Origin: Saccostrea echinata | Taxonomy: Eukaryota | Reading direction: 5' to 3' | DNA: 64,000 nucleotides | Assembly (NCBI RefSeq): GCF_033153115.1 | Contig: NW_026889750.1 | Coordinates: forward strand, 24,924,001 to 24,988,000 | Shown here: piece after piece, positions 1-9,960 of the stretch | Numbering within the stretch: the stretch's first letter is position 1 | How the letters are laid out: every line of letters begins with the position of its first letter | Notes under the pieces: generated by a model | Database searches by the model: none | What the model saw: the letters and a program-made list of their open reading frames with translations, nothing else | What the model was told of the DNA's origin: nothing | Position numbers and translations under genes: made by a program

Positions 1-791
1 ATTATTGCTAATCTTATAAGAATAGAACCTAAAATTAAAATAATTATAATCTGTTATTCTTTCACAAATTAATGATTTCAACTTATTGTAGTCTTTTTTG
101 ATGCACTAATAACAGAATGACTCTTTAAATGAATAGTCAAGAGGTATTCACAGGATAATACTCCTTAAAAAATATTATGAATATCAATAGAGTAATTAAA
201 TAAAAATAAAACTAGATGCTGTCTTAAGGCAGTAATACCAGCACAAAGGTGTTTGGCTCCAAATATACTCTCCTTCCTACTTGGGTAACCAGTGAAGAAC
301 CCACAATAATTCTATAATTTACACAAAATATATACATGGATGCATCAAATTGAGCATAAAATGCTCAGGTGAGCCTGTGGCCCATAGGCCTCACAAATCT
401 GATTCCCTATTGTGCCCCTACCTTACTCCTGGGTGCCATGATTAAAACAATTTTTAATCTACACTACCTCAGGAGGCTTTCACTTATAAATGTTTCATTG
501 TTTTTGGTCAATGGTTCTTTAGAGGAAGATTTTTCATTTAATATATACGAATTCTCGTGATAACCAAACAAAAGTTTACAAATAAACGAGGCACTTGGGC
601 CACAATGCTCACCTGAGTCAATTTCTCCTATATATACCTATGTAAAAATTTTAACTACTATTGAAGCCCCACCCTACCCAATTCAAACTTGAATTTACAC
701 TACCTGAGGATGCTTCTATTTCAATAAGACTAATCATAGCTTTGCTGTTCTTGAGAAGAAGTTTTTTTAAAGATTTTTTATGATATATTTC

Positions 792-1272
792 CATCTTCAC
801 AATGTCAAAAATTTGTGATACCATCCCTTTTCACAAACCCTTGACAAAAGTCTCTATTTAAAATTGAGTTTGTGGTTACAGATAACACAATGGTTAATTA
901 TAACCCAACCAATGAGAATATATCTTTTAAATCCGTCATTTTCGAGCGACTCAAAACCATAGCACGTCTTTTGTGATTATAAGGAGGAGGATCTTCCAAA
1001 CATTACTCTCCAATATTTTATTTGAGACAACTAGTCACAAACCCTACAATATCGGCACTTTCCTTTTGAAGACAAGTCATATTTGTTTACAAAACTTAGT
1101 AAACTTTGTTTACAAATCTTCTTCTTACAATAAAGGCTGTTTTCTGATTGGTTCCAGTCCTAAACCAGGAACAAATGTAATGGTAATTTTCTAGCCGAAC
1201 TTTTAAATAGCAACTTTTGTCAAGGGTTTGTGTAGAGGAACCTTATCACAAAACCTTGACATTGTGAAGATG
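792..1272. mobile_element. MITE with long imperfect TIRs nested in the HINE
   Basis: CATCTTCACAATGTCAA..ACAAACCCTTGACAAAAG at 792 versus CTTTTGTCAAGGGTTTGT..TTGACATTGTGAAGATG ending 1272; flanks ATATATTTC / ATATATTCC resemble a TSD. Confidence 0.75.
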
Positions 1273-1462
1273 ATATATTCCTAGTATGTAAAACTTTGAT
1301 CACCCATAGTTGCCCGACCCTACCCCAGGGGTCATGATTTAAACAAACTTGAATTTACACTACCTGAGGATGCTTCCATATCAATATGACTAATCATGGT
1401 TTTGTTGTTCTTGAGAAGAAGGTTTTTTTTCTACATATATTCCTATGTCAAACTTTGATCCC

Positions 1463-1633
1463 TGTGATACCTTAGTCTCTCATACAGATGACCAAGGACG
1501 ACACAACCACATGGTTCCAATGCATGGACTTCTTTTATTTTTCACACTTCTGGTTATACTTCATATATTCTATAAAGTAAACATGTACACATACAACAAT
1601 TCTGGATAAGTATAATTACACAAGGATACTACA
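1463..1633 (-). mobile_element. Probable short solo LTR inserted in a HINE unit
   Basis: TGT..ACA termini with short IR (TGTGATACCTT / AAGGATACTACA), AATAAA on the - strand, interrupts the repeat consensus AAACTTTGATCCC|..ATTGTG; TSD degenerate. Confidence 0.4.
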
Positions 1634-1840
1634 ATCAACGATTGTGATCCCCAACTACCTCCAGGGGTCATGTTTTGGACAAACTTGAATCTACACTAGG
1701 TAATGAAGGTTTCATACAAGTTTCAACTTTTCTGGCCCAGTGGTTCTTGAGTAGAAGATTTTTCAATGATGCTACAAATTTTTCATTATTTCTTAATTAT
1801 TTCCCCTTGAAAGAGGGCATGGTCCTTCATTTGAAAAAAA

Positions 1841-1871
<31 letters not shown>

Positions 1872-2526
1872 GCAGCTGGTTTGGTTGAAATTGTCCCACT
1901 GGTTCTTGAGAAGAAATTAAAAATGTGAAAAGTTTACAAATGGACAGAGAGATGGACAGACAGATGGATGCCAGACAAAGTGTGATTAGAAAAGCTCACT
2001 TGAGCTTGCAGCTCAGGTGAGCTAAAAATAAACTAACCTTTATTAAACGGATATTGCAGAAATGGCAGATTTAACATTCTTTGTTAAAAATTGAACATTT
2101 AAGACTTTGTTATGGAAATATGAAACTAACATATGACATCATATAACATCACAGTTTGTCTCGTACAGTTTGAATTTAAGACTGAGGCAAATCTAACATG
2201 ATCTAAGTTAAAAGTGAAAAGGAATGTTATCCAATAATACACAACTGTGCAACTACGGTCACACTGTCAACATTTTATTATCTTTTATTTGTTTTGACTG
2301 AGAAATCAGTAAAGTTTAACATTCCTAATGCAAGAGTTACTGTTCTTTGTTTGGTAAGCGTTCACTGCCCTTTGTCTTGAAGAGTCCAGTAGGTGGCAAA
2401 ATCCTCCAATTTTGGAAGATTAAAAACTATACTCTGAAAATGGAGATAGTCTAGACCTGTTGAGTCCCTAAAATATCTGAATATATGAAATTATATAAAC
2501 ATACTGTGATAAAGAGCCATACTTAC

Positions 2527-3329
2527 TCAGTAATATAGATAACTGCCAGTCAATTGTTAGAGATTCATGTAGTGTTTCTAGAAGGTATAAGTAAGCCCCT
2601 TTAGGTGTGTATGTGCATAGGCCTAAATCTGATGGCAAAGGCTCACATCCTTGTTCCAGCAAATCCACAATGTCATGATCCTTATGACTCAAATGCAGGC
2701 CCTGATAGTGAATGTTGATTTTATTTTAGATTTTATTTAAAACTTTGAATTGAAAAAAAAGAATATAAAGTTTAATACTCTCTAATGACCAATATTTGCC
2801 CACAAGTTCAAACTTTGATGGAGAAATCTAAAATACAGTTGAACTTTGGTATCTTAACACTGATATCTCGAATACCATGGATATGTCGAAGTTATTTGGA
2901 GGTCCCAACCCCTTATTCTTTAAGTATTTTACCCTGGATATCTCTAACCATTAGATATCTTGAAGTTTTTTCTCTCTCCCATTGAGTTGGAGATAACGAG
3001 GTTTGACTGTATGTTCTAAACCAGGTGAATATCTGCAGACTTGAAAGCAAAAAGAATTGCCCATAATCTACTTAAAAATTAAGAAAAATTTTTGTCAATT
3101 AAGATTTTTCATACAGTACAACTGTATATATACAATGGTATACATTTCTAGAGATTTTCAAAATTTGGCTTCAATGGGGGCAAAATATGCTTTTACCGCA
3201 TGTACTCTTTCTGGCTCAACTTACACGAGTGGCTATGAATGGGAGACTAACTTTACACTGCTCAAAGACTGCAGATCTAGGTTTCTGTCCATAGTCTACT
3301 TTACTGCTCTTTGCTTCTGTTCGGAACAT
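2527..3329 (-). CDS. OXA1L: OXA1L-like mitochondrial inner-membrane insertase (Oxa1/YidC family), 5' coding exons only: 3329-3225 and 2701-2527; remainder presumably left of the window
   Basis: Spliced translation MFRTEAKSSKVDYGQKPRSAVFEQCKVSLPFIATR|GLHLSHKDHDIVDLLEQGCEPLPSDLGLCTYTPKGAYLYLLETLHESLTIDWQLSILL. EP..LGL..YTP.G....LLE.LH..L...W..SI matches the Oxa1 N-terminal [26 protein letters not shown].AI motif; R-GLHLS resembles a presequence cleavage site; canonical AG acceptors and GTAAGT donors in phase. Start codon uncertain. Confidence 0.65.
2836..3009. mobile_element. Tc1/mariner-type MITE (TA-CAGT...ACTG-TA family)
   Basis: TA|CAGTTGAACTT..AGGTTTGACTG|TA with internal GATATCTCGA repeats; related copies at ~13050-13223, 19230-19320, 43451-43606, 48213-48386, 54389-54550 and a split copy at ~9792-9830 / 10961-11012. 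Confidence 0.7.
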
Positions 3330-3589
3330 ACATCCGTGTTTCTACAAACATACCATAAGGTATCCAATATGTGCAACCGAAAAATAAAACTTAAAATAAA
3401 TCAGCTTCCGAATTTTCTCTACTACATCGATCTTTAAATAGGGAGTTATTTAATCAATGAACAATAATCAAATAAATTTTCTTACAGAGAAATGTTTTGT
3501 AGATATACTCCTTTTCAGATTGTTGGTGAAAATACACCGAGGTATCTGCAATAATCCTATTACTGAATGAAACTGCAATTTCATAACGT

Positions 3590-3730
3590 TCGTCATGCAC
3601 GCAGCTCAGCACTAATTACTTGGTATGGGTAATGTGGGGATTCACTCACAGTGAGCCGAGCCGGAAAAAAGGGGGCGCGCAAACAAATATTAAATTCATA
3701 ACGCGCGTTTTTGTTTGCACATACCGTTGC
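3590..3730 (-). promoter_or_regulatory. CpG-rich putative promoter / non-coding first exon of the OXA1L-like gene
   Basis: Local CpG enrichment (GCGCGC, CCGGAA), pyrimidine tract CCCCCTTTTTTCC on the - strand followed by donor ACT|GTGAGT at ~3649. Confidence 0.45.
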
Positions 3731-3826
3731 AGTTTAAGAATCCCGAAATAATAAGAATAAGCATCTTTTAAAACTAATAATTCAATGCTTGAAAACAGTT
3801 ATAAGAGTGCATGTCCAAAGTCATAA

Positions 3827-3907
3827 GCGCCCCCATGAAATTCTTTAAGTATATATATAGGTTTACCCCCCTATACTATAAGCGGTATACAGATATAGTG
3901 GGGTAAA

Positions 3908-3996
<89 letters not shown>

Positions 3997-4026
3997 TTAT
4001 CATTTACAGAATTACATGGGGAGCAC
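3827..4026. repeat. Fold-back (palindromic) element with an expanded (TA)n tract in one arm
   Basis: Left arm GCGCCCCCATGAAATTCT..AAGTATATATATAGGTTTACCCCCCTATA; right arm TATAGTGGGGTAAACCTA(TA)~40CTT..AGAATTACATGGGGAGCAC. Confidence 0.8.
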
Positions 4027-4152
4027 CCATGTCCAAATAAATTAATAGGCCTACACAGTCTCGTAAAATCTCACTTCCGGTAAACTACTTCCGGAGACAA
4101 CTTGGAGATCGATATATAGTGCAATTATAGTAGATTGGCGGCGTATACGGTT

Positions 4153-6487
4153 ATGACAATTTGTTTTGTATTCGATTGTAACCACCAAGGGTTGAGAAAA
4201 ACATGTAAGATGTTTCGCTTCCCAACCAGCCTCGCATTGGCGAAGAAATGGGAAAAACTTTGCAGGTACGTATCATCACTTATCATATCTTTGACCTTTG
4301 TCATCTGTTTGTACGTAGAATGCTGTATACATTTCAGAGCATGTATCAATATATGACTTTTTAAAACGTTTATTAATAAAACAGACGTAAGGATAGAAGC
4401 ATGATCCCTCAGAATGACAGGATCTGCAGCTGTCACTTTGTAGATGGTGAGAAGCGTAATGGCCCCACCCTCTTCCCATGGAGTTGTGGAAAAATGTTCA
4501 ATTTCCCTGATCCGAGCAAAATAAACAGGTACTGTATAACAGGGCTACTTTTATATAGTGTAGTAAAACATGATTTTGTTTATATGTTTTTCTGATGGAA
4601 TAAACAATCATATATTAACTGATTAAAGCTAAGTTTTCAGTGCATAAAATGTTACATTTTATTTTTGTTCAGCTTGTCGAGAACCGGAAAAAAAGAGATA
4701 AAAGAAAAAGCAGTCTCTGAAGACCAGTGTGAATCTACTGCAATGTCATGTCAACCATTACACGTTTCTCTAGATCACACCTATCAGGCTTCATATCATC
4801 AGTTAAAAGAAGAGAATCAGGTAAATATGACAGCTGTACACAAAAATAAGTGACATAGTGCATGTACTTCAATAGTAGCAATAGCATTCACCTTATTAAG
4901 AAAAAAATGTCTGATAGGATATATTAAAACTTGGTGTCTTTGGTATTTTACCTGGTACATGTTTTAATTCTTATTTGTAAGTCGGTATATGTACATTTTA
5001 CATGTATTCACCAGAACCTGAGGCGTGAGGTTGAAGAACTAAGAATACAGGTCAGGATGATGTCAACAAAGCGAGCATTCAGGATTGGTGATATCATAAG
5101 TGAAGAAAGGAAGGTACGTTTCGGAAGATAAATAGTATAAATATATCAGGTATTATATAACATGTATATTATAGTATAAATAGTATATATAAGATAAATA
5201 AGTTTAATTTTGTTATCATTCAATATAGACATTAAATTAAATTTCAGCTATAAAAACCTTGTTAAAACGTTTAAATTTATAGTTGAAAATCTCCTTTCAT
5301 AAAAATAAGCTGTGATCACACATGTCTTTGAACACGATACTTTGCGGTTAAGTATTTTCATTTCAGTTTACATGTTTATTGTGATAATGGGCCAACTGCT
5401 GGACAGTTCATCAGCCTGTGATAAATGACTGGATAAGTGCTAGAACATCCAATGCCAGGAAAGAAAATAAATCTGCTTATATCTTGTAAAACTGTTTATA
5501 TGAAATACTGCTGGACAGTATTTTCATTTTCATGGGCAAATAAATTTGAATAATAAAAGAAAAGAAACATTCTTGACACTGTGTTTTTAATGTCATGTTT
5601 TGATATAGATGCTGATGTACACAAGTCTACGTCCTGACATGTTTCTTGCCATTGATGAAATGATGCAGAGGTTCCAGATAAAGTATATTGATGGATGGAC
5701 ACCATCTTTCATTTCCTTGACTGACCAATTGTTGATGACTTTAATGAAACTGACAATGAACACCCCATTTTTGGACCTAGCTGAGAGGTTCAACACTAGT
5801 GCGTCATCTGTAAATAACATTGTAACTTCTCAGATTTGTGCATTGCATGAAGTTTTATATGAAGGACTCGTAGAGAGTCGCATTCCTTCTCTCCAAAAGT
5901 GCAAGGGGTCTATGCCTATAAGTTTTGGGGATTTCAGTTCATGTAGAATAGTACTTGATGCGACGGAAATCACCCAGGATGTTCCAGGGAATGACATGAG
6001 ATTGCAGGCCAGCACATATAGTGGATACAAAAATTCACACACTGTTAAAAGTGTTACAGGTGTTGCACCAAATGGTGCTTTGGTATTTATTAGTAAATTG
6101 TACCCTGGCAGCACATCTGATGTTGCAATTGTAGAACATTGTAAGGTCTTAGAACAGTTAGCACCAGGTGATATGATCTTAGCAGACAAAGGGTTCACTA
6201 TTCACAAGTTGTTGCCCCAAGGAGTACATTTAAATATTCCTCCCTTTCTCACATCTAAATCCCAGTACACCCCCAGTGAGGTCCAGCTATGTAGAAAAAT
6301 AGCCAAGTCTCGCATACATGTTGAAAGAGCAAATGAACGCATTAAAAATTATGAAATTTTAAGGCATGTCCCTCAGCAATTTAGATACATTTCTACAAAA
6401 GTCTTTCAATTATGCTGTGTTTTAGTCAATTTTCAGGATCCTCTCATGCAAGAAATTGCTCAGAATTTTGCAAGTGTAGACAACTAA
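4153..6487 (+). CDS. ISL2EU transposase, 460 aa: THAP zinc finger, DHxY motif, coiled coil, HTH, DDE_Tnp_4-type catalytic domain. Exons 4153-4265, 4385-4528, 4673-4820, 5015-5113, 5609-6487
   Basis: All four introns GT-AG and in phase (1383 nt). THAP: C-x4-C..FRFP..W..CR..RICSCHF..PTLFP; DHTY; HTH DQLLMTLMKL..DLAERFNTS.SSV; catalytic LDATE, LADKGF, RIHVERAN. Confidence 0.93.
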
Positions 6488-6532
6488 GATGTTAAAATTA
6501 GAATATGTTTTCACCATGTTTAATGTTATATT

Positions 6533-8749
6533 TTATAGCTGTTGTACATAAGGAAGAAATTTACAGAAATAAAAGTCTGTCAAAACAGATATGTTAATTC
6601 CCCAATTGACGTCTTTGTTAATTCTAACAATAGCACAGTCTTTTGGTGTCCAGACCATGAAATCACACAAGGACTTTCCAGTTATGTAAAGTTGTCCTTG
6701 AACTTGATCATAGTATTGGTGGTTTTCTCGTAATCTGTATGATTTCACTCCATGAAAATCCTGAACCTCTGTATGAAAAAATAAATAAAAATATATTTGT
6801 CTCATTTTTATAGAATAAGAATTTTCATTGGTGCTTCAAACATTAAAACACAATATTATGTATTTAGTATAAATTTATAAGTAATTTGTTCCTTACAATA
6901 AAGTGAGAACGCTAATTATATGCCTTGAGTACTAGCATTATAATTACAACAGGAGGAGAAAACTTTTAACAATTGTTACATGGGTACCTAACTTTATCAT
7001 ATAAAACATATATATTGGAGTTATTGAAAATAATTAACATTTTCAAAAAAATACTTAATATACACTATTATTACCTAGGCAGAAATCATTTACTTTTTCA
7101 ATAGCTTCTGGAATGGTCATATTCTTCGCTGAAAAGGGGCATTTCACCTCCAGAATTTCTGGCTTAACGTTTAACATCTCTAACATGTCAGCTAGTCCTG
7201 GATTCTGATAGTTGAATTCGAATGCAGCTGGGCGACGAATGAGTCCATCTGGGCTTGACCCAAGAACCCCATTACAGTGTAGCCAGATACCTTATAAATA
7301 GCATTATAAAGTTACAGGATAACATTATAAAGCAACACTCCGAATATTGTTATGCACTTATGTACAAGAAGACTTGTTATAAACATAACATCAAAACAGT
7401 ATATTCATACTCATTATCTTCAACTTCAGTTTAATAACTGAATTTTAAATTATCTCAAGTACAATTTTTTTTATTATTATTTATTTGCCTTAAAGAAATT
7501 AACATTTTGCTTGATTTATGAAAGAAAAATACCAACCTGTTGGCTCTACAACTGCATCCCCAAAAGTTTTGTACTTTTCAATGGCGACTTTTTCATTGCA
7601 CATCCCCCAAATAATAGCATCCTTTTTTGACAGATCATAAGCTGAACATAGTCTTTTGTATAAGGAGATAGGATATCTATTAAATAAGGAGCAAGAACAT
7701 CTGTTAAATAAGGATCAAATTTTCAATATTTTTGATTTAATTAACTGCTTTTACATGTATTATTTAATTAAATGTACATATAAAGGCATATAACTACAGG
7801 TATACCTATTTCTCTTGATCGCTGCCAAAACACAACCAAAGTTTGATGCTGTTAATCTATTCTTCCTAACAGATGACCACATGCAATTTTCTTTTTGACC
7901 AGTGGTAAGAGAGGCAATCTACAAAAGTCCTTAAACTTAAACAACATTCAAATTAAAACTGAATACTTTCAACTCACTACACAACTTTTTTGTCTTTACC
8001 TGTTGGATTTGTTGCTCATTAATCATTAATTTTTGCTTCATCCAAGCAATCGGATTTTCCGCAGAAATAAATTCCTGGCTAGATATGAGGTCTTCAACTA
8101 GAGGCACTGCAAGTGTGGGTACAGGCGGCTCAGGGGATAGTATCCAATGCATTGCTGTTGATTAAATTAAAAAAAAATTTAAACCCTCATAGAAAAATAA
8201 GGCAAATACTCAATAACCCTGTATTAAACTGCAGTTACATTACCAATTATTAATACCAGTATATATGTTTAATATTTTTTCAAACTTATTTTATTCACTA
8301 CTTCAAATAAGTGTGGGATTTCAATGTATACAATGACATGTGAAAAGAATGTACAAATAACTCCTTCAGAGTAAAAGAAATAGGTTTAAACATAATAAAA
8401 GTGTATTATTAAAAGTTTAATACAAAAACAAGAACAAAAAAAAGACAAGAACAAAGCTAAACATGTGACAATAAAAAAAAGGATCAGATTAACCTGAAAA
8501 TCTCCCCACAGTAGTCAATTTCTGATATAGGAACTCCCTGTCCCTATCATTGACTGGCCTATTTGTTGCCCTAATAATTTTTGACAAAGGTTAAAAAAAT
8601 AGAGCAAAATAAAATGCTAAATGGTTTAACACAAAGGCCTACCATGCAAAATAATTAAATCTGATACTTAAGGTACACTACATATTATCATTCACTACAT
8701 ACTGTAAATTGAAATACAAGTTAAATGCAAACATACATACACACACACA

Positions 8750-8805
<56 letters not shown>

Positions 8806-9586
8806 ATCATATATATTTTGCACATTAGTAAATGTAGTAATCATGAGCTAGCTAACCTGTAATTTACAAATCTGTCTGCTGCAGGGAAAAGGTCCTCCAT
8901 TGTCTTGGTTTGTCGAGGTGGGACCGACTTCGGATTTTTCACCCACGACTGCCGAACATCTGTCTTGGAGACATTCTTATACCTGTTGAGAATTAAATAC
9001 CTGACATACATACTTATTTTATTGAAATTTGTTTAGAACTTGTCCACCGGGGATTGAAAAGAAGTTACATATATTAACATGCATAGCATATTTTATTATG
9101 CTTGTAGGTCCATCGAATGCTTTAAAATAAATTCAATAGATTTATAAGTTGTTTATTGACTAAATAAATTTAGATTAGATTACCCATAGAGAAGGAGGCT
9201 AGCCTTATGGTGACATTTATCCTGCCCATTAACACACTCACAGGTGCTGTTCTCCACATTATAATTCGTTCCAAGACTAATCTATATATTATATATCCAT
9301 TGATAATATATTGATATATTTAGCTCATATATAAGTAGAATCAAACAAAACGTTTTCTTATCATTTTATTTTGTGTATTCAGTCTCAAAATGAAGGGAAA
9401 TCCGCCTACCGTTACATCATAACTCCTGTCTCGCATTGAAGCTTGGACCACACCGCGGACGTATGAAGCTTCCTGGTCATAAATAAACCTCAGTACATGG
9501 TCAGAATGTACAGCTATTTCAGATTTTCTGCTCAATTTTTTGGTTCCAGCTGTATAATTTGCCCAATATAAGATAGAAAACGCCAT
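6533..9586 (-). CDS. ISL2EU accessory protein, 445 aa: SWIM zinc finger + YqaJ (lambda exonuclease-like PD-(D/E)xK) nuclease. Exons 9586-9410, 9281-9184, 8982-8857, 8570-8494, 8154-8000, 7918-7806, 7676-7537, 7290-7075, 6768-6533
   Basis: Eight GT-AG introns, all in phase (1338 nt, no internal stop). VQASMR..Y.V; SWIM CECVNGQDKCHH; YqaJ motifs TTGQKEN..W...RKNRLTASNFG, AIIWGMCNE..A, LGSSPDGLI, LEVKCPF, YYDQVQGQLYITG...CDFMVWT. Confidence 0.93.
8735..8803. repeat. Compound (CA)n(TC)n(TA)n microsatellite in intron 3 of the YqaJ gene
   Basis: Directly visible. Confidence 0.9.
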
Positions 9587-9960
9587 CGCACTATTTACTG
9601 CACACCGGCCGACATGTTTGTTTATCTCCAAAACTGAAATCTCGCGAAGTCTCGCGTAACACTGTGTAGGCCTATATTCCTACTTGTGACCTGTGAGTTT
9701 CACCCTAGCAGTTTAGAAAACTGAGGTTACAGTGAAGTCACGTGTACAGCAGCTAGCTAATAATGACTTTAAAAACGTTTTGAATACATAAAGTCACACC
9801 TCGTTATCTTGAACTCGAGGGGAAAATATTAATAAAGATGATCTTCTAATTAAATTACTTCAACCATCTACACATAAAGCTAGGGACCTATATACTATAG
9901 GCCTACTAGTATATAGGTCCCTGATAAAGCAAAGGGGCTTCAGGCCTATGCTTCGACATA

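Larger units (their letters stand above)
585..2027 (-). mobile_element. Helentron-associated non-autonomous element (HINE/pearl-like) with ~165 bp internal tandem units, interrupted by two insertions
   Basis: Right end GCTCACTTGAGC..GCTCAGGTGAGCTAAAAA (subterminal IR), (GACA/GATG)n microsatellite at ~1940-1975, repeated units ACACTACCTGAGGATGCTTC..TTCTTGAGAAGAAG, left end GAGGCACTTGGGCCACAATGCTCACCTGAG hairpin; same architecture as 10061-10857. Confidence 0.75.
4047..9673. mobile_element. Full-length, apparently autonomous ISL2EU-type (PIF/Harbinger-ISL2EU-Spy group) DNA transposon
   Basis: Perfect 15-bp inverted repeat ATAGGCCTACACAGT (4045-4059) / ACTGTGTAGGCCTAT (9661-9675), readable as AT TSD + 13-bp TIR or TA TSD + 12-bp GG..CC TIR; encloses a THAP-DDE transposase and a convergent YqaJ nuclease gene, the known ISL2EU gene pair. 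Confidence 0.92.

Noticed and set aside
1675-1920. Similar ORFs at 1675, 10586 and 59313 suggesting a small gene family
   Set aside because: All are chance frames in the conserved core of the same HINE family.
2340-2433. Next exon of the OXA1L-like gene
   Set aside because: In the required phase it gives KYSF-stop, and no frame resembles the Oxa1 first transmembrane segment.
3516-3596. Possible C/D box snoRNA (ATGACGA..CTGA on the - strand)
   Set aside because: Imperfect C box, no terminal stem, no convincing rRNA complementarity that I can identify.
5830-6198. 122-aa antisense ORF within the transposase
   Set aside because: Shadow of the coding strand; no recognisable motifs.
5609-6487. 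Stand-alone 292-aa HARBI1-like host gene
   Set aside because: The ATG directly follows an AG acceptor and splices in frame to THAP exons; the unit lies within TIRs.
5609-6805. Bacterial IS or phage exonuclease contamination / recent horizontal transfer from a prokaryote
   Set aside because: Both genes are split by canonical spliceosomal introns and the transposase has an animal THAP domain.
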